NCBI GenBank assembly: GCA_017407645.1
Contig: JAFQWE010000041.1
Span: forward strand, 723-64,722
Reading direction: 5' to 3'
Source of the DNA: Clostridia bacterium
GTDB lineage: Bacteria > Bacillota > Clostridia > Oscillospirales > Acutalibacteraceae
Length of the DNA stretch: 64,000 bases
Part shown: positions 16,635-26,002 of the stretch, one piece after another
How the letters are laid out: each line of letters opens with the position of its first letter
How positions within the stretch are numbered: position 1 is the first letter of the stretch
Made by a program: the position numbers and the translations under genes
Notes under the pieces: model-generated
Database searches by the model: none
The model's input: the letters and a program-made list of their open reading frames with translations, nothing else
What the model was told of the DNA's origin: nothing

Positions 16635-18584
16635 TTATGATACCCAGACACCGCCGGCATTAAAATAGTACCAAGTATTGCTTATGTACTGCCAACCTGT
16701 AACCATATTTCCACCGTCAGCAAGGTAATACCAGGTGTTGTTAAGAAGCAACCAGCCTGTTGCCATATTACCGCCTTCGTGGAAATAATACCAGTAGCCA
16801 CCGATGTTTTGCCAGCCTTTGACCATTGCGCCGCCGTTGTTAAAGTAGTACCAAGTATTGCTTATGTACTGCCAACCTGTAACCATTGCGCCGCCGTCGT
16901 TAAAATAGTACCAGGTGCCACCAATAAGTTGCCAGCCTGTCATCATTTGACCGCCATCTGCAAAGTAATACCAAGTTCCGTTTATATACTGCCAACCTGT
17001 CAGCATATTACCGCCGTCGGCTAAATAATACCAGGTGCCACCAATAAGTTGCCAGCCTGTCATCATATTGCCGCCATCTGCAAAGTAATACCAATTGTAG
17101 TTGATAAACTGCCAGCCTGTCAGCATTGCGCCGTAATCGTCAAAGAAGTACCAATAGTTATTGATAAAACGCCAGCCTGTTGCAGCAATATAGTCTTCGT
17201 AATAATACCAAGTTGAATCCTCTAATTTCCATCCCCACTGGGTTACTTCGCGAATTTCACCGCAAACATTACAGTCAACGTCTGCGTCGTCGTCATAAAC
17301 GTGGGCAACCGAGCAAATGTCTGAAATATAAATATCTTCCCATTTTCTGCTGTTGGGGCAGTAGTTTCCGGTAAGTCTAAGCCCCATTTTTGCATTTTCA
17401 AAATTGGGATTTTCAATTTCAACAGACAATGATTGACTACCATCCAAAAGATCCCAAACCAACATATACTCGTCTAACAACACCACTACCTGCCCGCCAT
17501 AGTATATAACTCCGTATTGACCGTTAGGTTCCTTATCCAACGGACAGCTTGCAATTTCAACACCGTTGTTAATCAAATATGCTGTGTATGTGTCGCGTAT
17601 TTCATTTTCAATTCTATCGTTCTTTATGCGCAGTTCAAGGTTATTAGTCTCGTCACCGAAATATACGGAACACCACTCGCCATAATAGTTTCTGTAACCG
17701 TTTTTCATTTTCAAAGTGCCTAAAAAAACAAATCCGTTTGTAAGGTCAAAGTTTTTATTAGACCAAATTGTTTTTGTTGAATTGCCTGTTACAATTACAA
17801 ATGAACCGTAATCAAAATCGGTATCACCAATCCAATCGGATTCAACAAACTCTTCAGGAACCCAAGGCTCTGTCAACGGCTCGCCCCTACTGCCCGGAAT
17901 ACTTGGAACATTAACGACAAGAGGTGACAAGGAAATGCTTTCCCACTCTCTGCCATCGGGACACCAGTTGTTTTCAAGTTTTAACCCAACTTTTGCATTT
18001 GTTAAATCTACTGCCAAGGGGATTTCTTTTACAGTATTATAACCGACAGACCAGTTGATATCGACATCGTTGAATGCGACACTAAACTTACCGTCTTCAT
18101 ACAAAACTTCATATTCCCCGTTAGGCAATGTATAAAGGTCATATGTTGCAAGCATATCATCGTTATGAACAATGCATGCAGTATAAGTGTTATCCTTTTC
18201 GGTTGAGCCTTCGATGCTATCGTTTTTTATACGAAGCTCAACTATATCGGTTTCAGAAGCAAAGTATACAGAACACCACTCGCCGTAGAAATTGTTAAAG
18301 TCATTCTTCATATTAAGAGCACCCTTGAATTTAAAGCCTGCAGAAAGGTCAAAACTTCGGGTTGTCCATATAGTTTTAGAATCGCGCATTGATACAACAA
18401 ACCTGCCGCTTTCAAACGCATCGGTGTCACCTGTCCAATCAGATTCAACAAATGATTCAGGTGCCCAAGGCTCTGTCAACTGCTCGCCTCTTTGAGTAAC
18501 GGCAGCGCTTGCAGTAACGGTAAAGCCCGATAATACTGTGCAAAGCATTGCAACAATCAATAATACAGACAGTGTTTTTTTCAT
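16635..18584 (-). CDS. secreted cell-wall-binding-repeat protein with a duplicated N-terminal beta-rich module
   Basis: Signal peptide. Two roughly 195-aa paralogous modules (RGEQLTEPWAPESFVESDWTGDTD / RGEPLTEPWVPEEFVESDWIGDTD). Motif HVYDDDADVDCNVCGEIR. Ten 20-aa GW..(I/N)..WYYF..GG.M.T repeats (choline/cell-wall binding type). Confidence 0.85.
   Translation of the reverse strand: MKKTLSVLLIVAMLCTVLSGFTVTASAAVTQRGEQLTEPWAPESFVESDWTGDTDAFESGRFVVSMRDSKTIWTTRSFDLSAGFKFKGALNMKNDFNNFYGEWCSVYFASETDIVELRIKNDSIEGSTEKDNTYTACIVHNDDMLATYDLYTLPNGEYEVLYEDGKFSVAFNDVDINWSVGYNTVKEIPLAVDLTNAKVGLKLENNWCPDGREWESISLSPLVVNVPSIPGSRGEPLTEPWVPEEFVESDWIGDTDFDYGSFVIVTGNSTKTIWSNKNFDLTNGFVFLGTLKMKNGYRNYYGEWCSVYFGDETNNLELRIKNDRIENEIRDTYTAYLINNGVEIASCPLDKEPNGQYGVIYYGGQVVVLLDEYMLVWDLLDGSQSLSVEIENPNFENAKMGLRLTGNYCPNSRKWEDIYISDICSVAHVYDDDADVDCNVCGEIREVTQWGWKLEDSTWYYYEDYIAATGWRFINNYWYFFDDYGAMLTGWQFINYNWYYFADGGNMMTGWQLIGGTWYYLADGGNMLTGWQYINGTWYYFADGGQMMTGWQLIGGTWYYFNDGGAMVTGWQYISNTWYYFNNGGAMVKGWQNIGGYWYYFHEGGNMATGWLLLNNTWYYLADGGNMVTGWQYISNTWYYFNAGGVWVS
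16638..17240 (-). repeat. tandem 60-nt coding repeats (10 copies) for the cell-wall-binding repeats
   Basis: Near-identical DNA units are visible, e.g. ...aaaatagtaccaggtgccaccaataagttgccagcctgtcatcat... recurs at about 16900 and 17020. Confidence 0.8.
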
Positions 18585-18834
18585 ATTTTGTCACCCTTTC
18601 TAAAGACATATTTACTATAAATACAATACGTCTTGTAATAATTATACCATTTTATATATAATTTTGCAATAAATTTGTACATTTTATGCAAATCACACAG
18701 TTTGTTCACTGTAAAATGTGAAAAAAGCACAAAAAACATATAATTATTACTCCTTGTATGATACGTAAATATTCAAAGGCAGAAAAAAACAGGATACCTG
18801 CTCGGCATCCTGCTTTAAAGTCTATTCAAAATAA

Positions 18835-20070
18835 TTATTTAGCTACTACCAAAGCGGCGGTGTCGCGGGCAATCATAAGCTCTTCCTCAGTTGGAATTAC
18901 GTATGCCTTAACCTTTGAGTCAGCGGTAGAGATCATTCCCTCTGCGCCGTGGATAGTTTCCTTATTAAGATTCTCGTCAACCTTAAGACCGATGAATTCA
19001 AGGCTCTTGCAAACTGCACTGCGGATATCCTCGTTATTTTCACCGATACCGCCTGTAAATGCAATAGCATCAACGCCGTTCATTGCTGCGGCATAAGAGC
19101 CGACAACCTTGATAATCTGATAGGTCTGCATATCCTTTGCGAGACGAGCGCCCTCGTGACCATTGTTTGCGGCATCAACAATATCGCGGTTGTCACTGGT
19201 GAGCTCGGAGATACCAAGAACGCCTGACTTTTTGTTAAGAATGTTAGACATCTCGTCAGGAGAAATGTTATCCTTCTTCATAATATAAAGCACGGCAGAG
19301 GGGTCAACTGCACCTGAACGGGTACCCATCATAAAGCCGTCAAGAGGAGTAAGACCCATACTGGTGTCAAAGCATTTGCCATCTTTAACTGCGGTGATTG
19401 AGCAGCCGTTACCCAAGTGGCAGGTAATAACCTTGGTACCCTCGGGCTTTACACCCATAAGCTCAATGCAACGGCCGCTTACATAACGGTGTGAGGTGCC
19501 GTGTGCGCCGTATTTGCGAACCTTATAGTCGCGGTAATACTTCATAGGCATACCGAACATATAGCTTTCAGGGGGCATAGTTGAATGGAAAGAGGTATCA
19601 AAAACTGCAACCTGAGGAAGCTCGGTGCCGAAGCACTTGCGGCAAGCACGGATACCAAGAACGTGTGCAGGGTTGTGCAAGGGAGCAAGTTCGCCCAATT
19701 CCTCAATATCGTCAATAACCTTTTCATCAATAAGGCAAGATTCTTTGAAAATAGCGCCGCCTTGAACGATGCGGTGACCGACAGCATCAATCTCGTCAAG
19801 AGATTTGATAACACCGTACTCTTCGCCTGTCATAGCATTCATAAATGCGTCAAAGGCTTCAGCGTGGGTAGGCATAGGAATATCGGCATCAAAAACTCTG
19901 CCGTCAGCAGTCTTGTGCTTAATATGGCCAGCGGGAGTGCCGTCGGCATTTTTGGTGGTAATGCGGTCACACAGACCTTTTGCCATTACCTTTTCGCCAT
20001 CCATATCAATAAGCTGATACTTAAGGGATGAGCTGCCTGCGTTAACAACCAAAATTTTCATAAAATTCAT
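18835..20070 (-). CDS. ackA: acetate kinase
   Basis: MKILVVNAGSSSLKYQL... and full-length family similarity. The start could be 20070 or 20061. Confidence 0.95.
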   Translation of the reverse strand: MNFMKILVVNAGSSSLKYQLIDMDGEKVMAKGLCDRITTKNADGTPAGHIKHKTADGRVFDADIPMPTHAEAFDAFMNAMTGEEYGVIKSLDEIDAVGHRIVQGGAIFKESCLIDEKVIDDIEELGELAPLHNPAHVLGIRACRKCFGTELPQVAVFDTSFHSTMPPESYMFGMPMKYYRDYKVRKYGAHGTSHRYVSGRCIELMGVKPEGTKVITCHLGNGCSITAVKDGKCFDTSMGLTPLDGFMMGTRSGAVDPSAVLYIMKKDNISPDEMSNILNKKSGVLGISELTSDNRDIVDAANNGHEGARLAKDMQTYQIIKVVGSYAAAMNGVDAIAFTGGIGENNEDIRSAVCKSLEFIGLKVDENLNKETIHGAEGMISTADSKVKAYVIPTEEELMIARDTAALVVAK

Positions 20071-20201
20071 CCGTCCTTTAAATAATTATTGCATACCGCG
20101 CCCGTTTGTAGTAAAATGAGCGTGGAGTAATATTAACTATAATATAATAAATCATATTACCGTATTTTTCAATAGTTATTTTGTACAAAGAGGTGAAGTA
20201 T

Positions 20202-21371
20202 TTGCAAATTTGTGCCATTATTGCCGAATATAATCCTTTTCACAACGGCCACAAGTATATGATTGACAAGGTTCGTAAGGCAGGCGGCACCCACATTGTT
20301 GCCGTTATGAGCGGTAACTTTGTTCAGCGGGGTGACGTGGCCATATGCGACAAATACTCCAGAACACGAATGGCTATTGAGGGTGGCGCCGACTTGGTTA
20401 TTGAACTTCCTGTTACCTATGCCGCCGCTACTGCTCAGCGCTTTGCACACGGAGCGGTAGCTCTGATTAAGGCGCTTGGGTGCGTTGACACTTTGGCTTT
20501 TGGGTCAGAATGCGGTGACCAAAAGCTGCTTGATAAAATTGCCGATGCTATTGATTTTCCCCAAGTGGTTGAGAAAATGAAGGAAAATCTGACGCTGGGT
20601 ATGAGTTTTGCCTCTGCGCGACAGTCTGCACTTGAATTCTGCGGTTACGAGGGTGGCATTCTTCAAAACGCCAACGATACCCTTGCCGTTTGCTATATTG
20701 ACGAAATTTACCGTCAAAACGCTTGTCTTGATAGGATGGCAATCAAGCGCAAAGGAGTTGGTCACGACGGTGGAGTAAAAGGCACCTTTGCCAGTGCTTC
20801 CGTCATTCGCAAAATGGTGGCTGACGGGGATAATTTTGCTCCATATATGCCCCTTGACGCCGCGGAAATTTTGCTTAAAAAAGTGGATAGCGGTCAGGCT
20901 CCTATGCTAATTGGCAGTCTTGACAGGGCATTTATGGCAAAGCTTCGCAGTATGAGTTTGGAGGATATCGCCAATCTGCCCGACATTAGCGAAGGGCTTG
21001 AAAACCGTATTTATAAAGCAGTTCGTGAGTGCGGCTCGGTCTTTGACGTTGCCGACGCGGTAAAATCAAAGCGATATACCCACGCACGAATAAGACGAAT
21101 TTTGCTGTCTGCCCTGCTTGGCATTGACAAGGAGTTATACTCTTTGGAGCCACAGTACATTCGTGTGCTTGGCTTTAACGATAAGGGCAGAGAAATTCTT
21201 GCCGCCGCAAAGCCTACGCTTCCCATAATCGCACGGGCAAAGGACACGGCAAATCTTAGCGCAAATGCAAAGCGCTTGCTTGACGCTCAGTCGGTTGCAG
21301 ACGGAATTGCCGTTTTATCGGCAGACAGTCCTCTGCCCCACCCCGACGACGTTGAGGTTGTTATCGTTTAA
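20202..21371 (+). CDS. tmcAL: tRNA(Met) cytidine acetate ligase (YlbM/TmcAL family nucleotidyltransferase)
   Basis: IIAEYNPFHNGH, VMSGNFVQRGD...GADLVIELP, KSKRYTHARIRRIL. TTG at 20202 lies 5 nt after AGAGGTGA (track start 20181). Confidence 0.8.
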   Translation: MQICAIIAEYNPFHNGHKYMIDKVRKAGGTHIVAVMSGNFVQRGDVAICDKYSRTRMAIEGGADLVIELPVTYAAATAQRFAHGAVALIKALGCVDTLAFGSECGDQKLLDKIADAIDFPQVVEKMKENLTLGMSFASARQSALEFCGYEGGILQNANDTLAVCYIDEIYRQNACLDRMAIKRKGVGHDGGVKGTFASASVIRKMVADGDNFAPYMPLDAAEILLKKVDSGQAPMLIGSLDRAFMAKLRSMSLEDIANLPDISEGLENRIYKAVRECGSVFDVADAVKSKRYTHARIRRILLSALLGIDKELYSLEPQYIRVLGFNDKGREILAAAKPTLPIIARAKDTANLSANAKRLLDAQSVADGIAVLSADSPLPHPDDVEVVIV

Positions 21372-21392
21372 AAACTTTTGGAGGTTACAAAT

Positions 21393-22334
21393 ATGTCAGT
21401 TAAATGCAAGGTTATTGAAAATTATGAGGTTTTCGGCAAATGTGTTGAAATTACCAACGGAACTGTAAAGGCTATTGTTACTGCCGACATCGGTCCTCGC
21501 ATTCTCTTTTACGGCTTTTGCGACGGTGAAAACGTGCTTCACGAGGACCATTCAAACAAACCCAATTGGCTTGGCAAGGCTTGGGATGAATATTATTATG
21601 AGGGCGCCAAAGCTTATATCTATGGCGGTCACAGAATTTGGGCAACTCCTGAGGGCGCACCCGAAACCTATTATCCCGATAACGAGCCTCTTACCGTTGA
21701 ATACACCCAAAGCGGTGCTATATTCACTGCTCCCCCACAGATAAAAAATGATATTCAGGTATCAATTGAAATCCGTATGGCAGACAGTGGCGCCGATATG
21801 GAGGTGTTCAACCGCATTAAAAACGTTGGCACTGCCGACAAGGAGTTTGCCGTTTGGACTATTTCGGTTATGCAGCACGGCGGACTTGAAATATTCCCCC
21901 AAAACACCAACGATACGGGATATTTGCACAACCGCGTAATCTCACTTTGGTCATACACTAATCCCAACGATTACAGATTTTACAACGGCAAAAAGTATAT
22001 GACCGTTAAGCAGGACCCTGCTGCCCCCTGTGCTTTTAAGATGGGCACCAACAACCGTAGCGGCGCGGCTATCTATTGTGCTAAGGATACTGTTTTCATC
22101 AAAACAAGAGACGTTGACCACGACAACCTTACCTATCCCGACGGCAACGTTTCTTTTGAAACCTACACCGCTTCAGGCGTCCTTGAGCTTGAGATGATGG
22201 ATGCCGTTAAGGTGGTTGCTCCCGGTGCTACCAGCGAGCTTAAGGAAAATTGGAGCCTTAAAGCAAACCCCGGCACTCCCGATGCTAGAAGCGACGATGA
22301 GCTTGACGCTTTCTGGAAAAAGATTATGGGGTAA
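21393..22334 (+). CDS. hypothetical protein (possibly DUF4380/mutarotase-like; uncertain)
   Basis: 313-aa ORF after a GGAGG RBS. The IGPRI...GGHRIWATPEG pattern is reminiscent of mutarotase-like domains. Confidence 0.5.
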   Translation: MSVKCKVIENYEVFGKCVEITNGTVKAIVTADIGPRILFYGFCDGENVLHEDHSNKPNWLGKAWDEYYYEGAKAYIYGGHRIWATPEGAPETYYPDNEPLTVEYTQSGAIFTAPPQIKNDIQVSIEIRMADSGADMEVFNRIKNVGTADKEFAVWTISVMQHGGLEIFPQNTNDTGYLHNRVISLWSYTNPNDYRFYNGKKYMTVKQDPAAPCAFKMGTNNRSGAAIYCAKDTVFIKTRDVDHDNLTYPDGNVSFETYTASGVLELEMMDAVKVVAPGATSELKENWSLKANPGTPDARSDDELDAFWKKIMG

Positions 22335-22383
22335 ACCTACAAAGAAATCATCGGCAACGAGAATTATGTAGGAGGGTTTGCTT

Positions 22384-22944
22384 ATGGCAAATTCTAAAGC
22401 AAAAAAGATTCTTTTAAACGTTGTTACCCCAATCGCCATTGTTTTAGCCGCTGTCTTTACTTTTTGGTATGTTGATAGTCTGCGCCCCCATAATCAAATA
22501 AAAAACTATGCGCTTAAGTACTATGAAGATACGGCTCAGGTGAAACAACTTTTTTATGATAATAAAGAGCTTTTTGATGCTGCTGCAAACATCTTCACAG
22601 ATGAAGATTTTGTCAAAAAAGGGATAAGAGGCGACGGTGGAAAGGGCTCACTGAATGTTGATGTTGGCAAAAATATATATTTGCTCAACAAAAAGCAGCA
22701 AAAAATAATGATTGATTTTTATAAAAGCATAAGACCGATATATATTCAACTTAATGGTACAACAACGGTTGAAATCTGTCTTAGAGGAACATTTGACGGT
22801 AAAGATACAAACGAGTGTTACGTTTTAAAATGCTGTTTTACCGATGAGGCTTACAAAACATCCCTTGAATCCTTTGAATATCGTGATTGGTATATAGATA
22901 TAGAACAGTTGGATGATAAATGGATTTTTGCGAAATCAGTTTAA
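22384..22944 (+). CDS. hypothetical membrane-anchored protein
   Basis: AGGAGGG RBS and one N-terminal TM helix (VVTPIAIVLAAVFTFWYV). No family recognised. Confidence 0.6.
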   Translation: MANSKAKKILLNVVTPIAIVLAAVFTFWYVDSLRPHNQIKNYALKYYEDTAQVKQLFYDNKELFDAAANIFTDEDFVKKGIRGDGGKGSLNVDVGKNIYLLNKKQQKIMIDFYKSIRPIYIQLNGTTTVEICLRGTFDGKDTNECYVLKCCFTDEAYKTSLESFEYRDWYIDIEQLDDKWIFAKSV

Positions 22945-22960
22945 GATACCGATTAACATT

Positions 22961-22992
22961 AAAGAGCGAGTTCGATTGAACTCGCTCTTTTT
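22961..22992 (+). terminator. rho-independent terminator
   Basis: aaagagcgagttc-gat-tgaactcgctcttttt. Confidence 0.75.
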
Positions 22993-23040
22993 CACCCTCT
23001 CCGTCGGCTATGCCGCCACCTCTCTCAAAGGGCGAGGCAG
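22989..23040 (+). repeat. REP-like intergenic repeat, copy D (subfamily 2)
   Basis: tccgtcggctatgccgccacc, then hairpin cctctctc-aaa-gggcgagg (one mismatch, one wobble). Confidence 0.55.
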
Positions 23041-23041
23041 C

Positions 23042-23073
23042 AAAAAACTCCGCAGTAGTTACTGCGGAGTTTT
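23042..23073 (-). terminator. rho-independent terminator for the GH57 gene
   Basis: aaaaaactccgcagta-gt-tactgcggagtttt. Confidence 0.7.
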
Positions 23074-23082
23074 GAATTTTAA

Positions 23083-24468
23083 TTATTCCTCGAAATACTT
23101 CATTGCCATCAATTCATCATCAATAGCGGCAATTTGAGTTTGCATAATGTTATAGGAGTGGAGGCCGCACTTGTGAGCGATGCCGTTATCTTCCATAACC
23201 TTTTTAAGTTGTTCGTTTGCCTTGTAAAGTGCATCCAAAGCTTCGCGAACGTTGAAGCGACCGGGAGAGGTAGGTGCAGGTGGCCAACGGGCATCAGATA
23301 CATATGCGGTAGTGATGCTCTTAAGCACTGCGTTCATACCCTTATCGTCCCAAATATCCTTGCCCAAATCCTTTGCAACTGCCTTGAGTGCATCGTACAT
23401 TGCGCGGCAAACGGGGTCAAGAATGCGAGAATAGGGAGTGTTTGCCCAAGCACGTGATGTGCCGCCGTGCCATGCACAGCCATTCTCAATCTTATCGAAG
23501 TCGTCAATTTCAACTGCTTCGTACTTTTCAACTGCCATAGAGGGAGTGAGGAACTCAAAGCCCATATCCTTAGCAGAAGCAAGAATCTGCTCAAAGCGGT
23601 CAACGCTGGCAGGCTCTGACTCAAAGAAGCGTGCCTGACCGAACTGCTTAACGTAGAAGTAAGCGGTGGTGCCAACATACTCTGCATCCTCTGCATAAGG
23701 CATAAGGAAGCCGCCCTTGTCGGCAATTCTTGCCTGCCACTTGCCCATAACCTCGCGAACTTCTTCAATAGTTACGGGGTTGGGACGGTTGCCCTCGGTT
23801 GCGCCCATAAGGTACCAAAGCATAATGTTGCACATCATATCGCTGCGGAGAATAACCTTAAGACCGTTAGGAAGAACACCGGGGTGGGTGTACTTGGCAA
23901 GCAATGAGGGGTCGTTAGCAATAATATCTTCAAGTTTGAAAAGCTCGTTCTTGTTAGAGTGACCGCGAACATCGAAACGCAAACCGGTCTTTTCTCTTAC
24001 ACCCTCAACAGAGGACAAGAAGTAGCTGTCGGCATCGGCAATGAGGATTTCAAAGCCTGCCTTTTTGTAAATTTCAGGAATGTAGGAAGCCCAAGAGCAT
24101 TCGGGGTTCCAACCTGCTACGGGACGAACACCTGTAAGTCTTTCCCAAGTGTTAAGGCCCTCAACCAATGAACGATAGCTGATTTCGGGGTCGATGTTAC
24201 CAAGCATAATGTGGGTTTGGGGTGATGCAACAGGCTCGATTCTGCCTGCCTTGATGCCATCAACAAGCTTTTTCATAACATCGGGAGTTTGCTCTGCAAC
24301 GATTTCAAGAGTTTCACCTGATGCTTCGAAAGCAAGCTTTATGTCAAGCTTTTCTGCAATGTCATAAATTTTCTCGTAAGATTCCTTAGCAACCCAAGCG
24401 CGCTTTTCGATGGGAAGCTGTGAGTACTGCAGGTTGCCGTGGGGCATAAACAGTATTCCATTTTTCAT
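23083..24468 (-). CDS. glycoside hydrolase family 57-like protein
   Basis: Blocks resembling GH57 conserved regions (GRIEPVASPQTHIML; GWNPECSW; YAEDAEY). RBS AAGGAGAG. Confidence 0.55.
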   Translation of the reverse strand: MKNGILFMPHGNLQYSQLPIEKRAWVAKESYEKIYDIAEKLDIKLAFEASGETLEIVAEQTPDVMKKLVDGIKAGRIEPVASPQTHIMLGNIDPEISYRSLVEGLNTWERLTGVRPVAGWNPECSWASYIPEIYKKAGFEILIADADSYFLSSVEGVREKTGLRFDVRGHSNKNELFKLEDIIANDPSLLAKYTHPGVLPNGLKVILRSDMMCNIMLWYLMGATEGNRPNPVTIEEVREVMGKWQARIADKGGFLMPYAEDAEYVGTTAYFYVKQFGQARFFESEPASVDRFEQILASAKDMGFEFLTPSMAVEKYEAVEIDDFDKIENGCAWHGGTSRAWANTPYSRILDPVCRAMYDALKAVAKDLGKDIWDDKGMNAVLKSITTAYVSDARWPPAPTSPGRFNVREALDALYKANEQLKKVMEDNGIAHKCGLHSYNIMQTQIAAIDDELMAMKYFEE

Positions 24469-24684
24469 TTTTAACTCTCCTTTATAGATGGGTTATATGG
24501 ATTATAGCACCATTTTTATTATTTGTAAACAGTAAAAAGTATAATTTTTTACACAAAAAGTCACTTATTTTTTGATTTTTTGATTTTTGTCAAAGATTTT
24601 ATAGTTTTTACATACGTGAATTGTTGATTTTGATTTTTTAATGTGGTATACTTGGGTTAATTTAAAAACGAAAGGTTGTTTTTT

Positions 24685-25893
24685 ATGCGTAAACTTATTT
24701 GTATTTTATTACTGTGCTGTTTTTTACTTTGCTCTTGCGGAACTGACGGTGGCGACGCCTCCTCTAACCTGTCAAGCAAAGGAAATTCATCCACTTCCTC
24801 AAAGGTACAGTCGGAAGTTCAGTCGGAAGCTCAGTCAAAAGAGCCCGTTGTTCCTGCCGTTAACGATTATTCCGAGCGTACTTATATGATTATCGATATT
24901 CTTGACTATCTTAAATTAGACGGCAGATATAAGGAGAAAAAGGACGACTTAAATAAGTACACAGGCATAACCTACGACAATGCTTACAACTGCATTTCTT
25001 TTGTTGCCGATTGTGAGGGCGACGTTACTCTTAGCCTTGACGTAAAGCTTTTTAACGCCGATAAGGAAGGCTGGCGCGACCGCTACTTTACCGTTTATAT
25101 TGACGGTGTTCGTCAGGAAGAAAGACTTGCTGTTGAGGGCGGTCTTATGGTTTATACTAATTGCTCCCTTACCGTTGCAAAGGGCCTTTCTAAAGGTAAG
25201 CATACCATCGAGATTTACCGTCAGAACGAAGCCAACCATGCTGCAATGCTTCTTAAATCAATCACTATGAAGGGTGTTCCCTGCGAAAAGCCGGCTGACA
25301 GAGATTTGCTGATTGAATTTGTAGGCGACTCTATCACTGCAGGTTACGGCAACTTAGGAATGAGTGGAATCGAAAATCCCAGTCACGCTAAAAACTCAGA
25401 TGCAACCTCTACGTATGCATTCCTTACTGCAAAGAATCTGAATGCAGATATTACTGCTACTTGCCGCAGCGGTCATATGTTCTCGGGTGAAAAGCCCCCA
25501 TTTAGCGATTTTTATAATCAAATCAACTGGATTAGAGACAACACTCCTTACACTCCTACCCGTCACCCTGACATCGTTGTTATCAATCTTGGTACAAACG
25601 ACGCTTCACACGCCGACCACGCAACCCTTGCCGACTACACCGTTAAGGCTCTTGAAACCGTTAAAAAGGTTCATCCCGATGCCAAAATAGTTTGGGCATA
25701 CGGACTTATGGGCAGCAACGTTGAAGGTCAAATTATGAAGGGCATTCAAACCTATGGCGGCGAAGCTAAGGGTGTATACTACTGTCCCCTTCAGACCGAC
25801 TGGTCAGGCGGTGGCGGTCATCCCTCATTAGCAGGTCACAAAGCGGCTGCTGATACCTTGACCAAGTTTATACAAGACAAGGGTTTGGTATAA
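24685..25893 (+). CDS. lipoprotein SGNH hydrolase, CE2-type carbohydrate esterase
   Basis: Lipobox LLCSCG and a Ser/Gln-rich linker. N-terminal beta-sandwich-like domain. SGNH blocks EFVGDSITAGYGN, VVINLGTNDA, GGGHPSLAGH. Confidence 0.8.
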   Translation: MRKLICILLLCCFLLCSCGTDGGDASSNLSSKGNSSTSSKVQSEVQSEAQSKEPVVPAVNDYSERTYMIIDILDYLKLDGRYKEKKDDLNKYTGITYDNAYNCISFVADCEGDVTLSLDVKLFNADKEGWRDRYFTVYIDGVRQEERLAVEGGLMVYTNCSLTVAKGLSKGKHTIEIYRQNEANHAAMLLKSITMKGVPCEKPADRDLLIEFVGDSITAGYGNLGMSGIENPSHAKNSDATSTYAFLTAKNLNADITATCRSGHMFSGEKPPFSDFYNQINWIRDNTPYTPTRHPDIVVINLGTNDASHADHATLADYTVKALETVKKVHPDAKIVWAYGLMGSNVEGQIMKGIQTYGGEAKGVYYCPLQTDWSGGGGHPSLAGHKAAADTLTKFIQDKGLV

Positions 25894-25899
25894 TATTTT

Positions 25900-25935
25900 C
25901 AAAGCGTCTTTTTTAAAAAGGCGCTTTGTTTTTTT
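25900..25935 (+). terminator. rho-independent terminator
   Basis: caaagcgtc...ggcgctttg followed by T7. Confidence 0.65.
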
Positions 25936-26002
25936 CATAAAAGCCTTTACAACCACCTTCAAATATAATATAATTTCGATATATTATTAGGGAGTGTTGA
26001 TT

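Noticed and set aside
16638-17240. The tandem 60-nt DNA repeat as a satellite or non-coding array.
   Set aside because: It is in frame and encodes ten canonical 20-aa cell-wall-binding repeats of the 649-aa surface protein.
18835-21371. Divergent ackA and tmcAL (an acetate-using tRNA-modifying enzyme) as a novel functional linkage.
   Set aside because: The link is plausible biologically, but these genes sit in the same general neighbourhood in many Firmicutes. Nothing in the sequence points to shared regulation.
3614-23040. Whether the recurring hairpins and REP-like repeats could be a CRISPR array.
   Set aside because: The copies are kilobases apart and irregularly spaced, each lies in a separate intergenic region, and no cas genes are present.
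11622-23073. The terminators at 11622..11659 and 23042..23073 both start AAAAAACTCCGC and end GCGGAG, which could mark another repeat family.
   Set aside because: Only a 6-bp stem core plus the A-run is shared, and the loops and lengths differ. This could easily be chance among GC-rich terminator stems.
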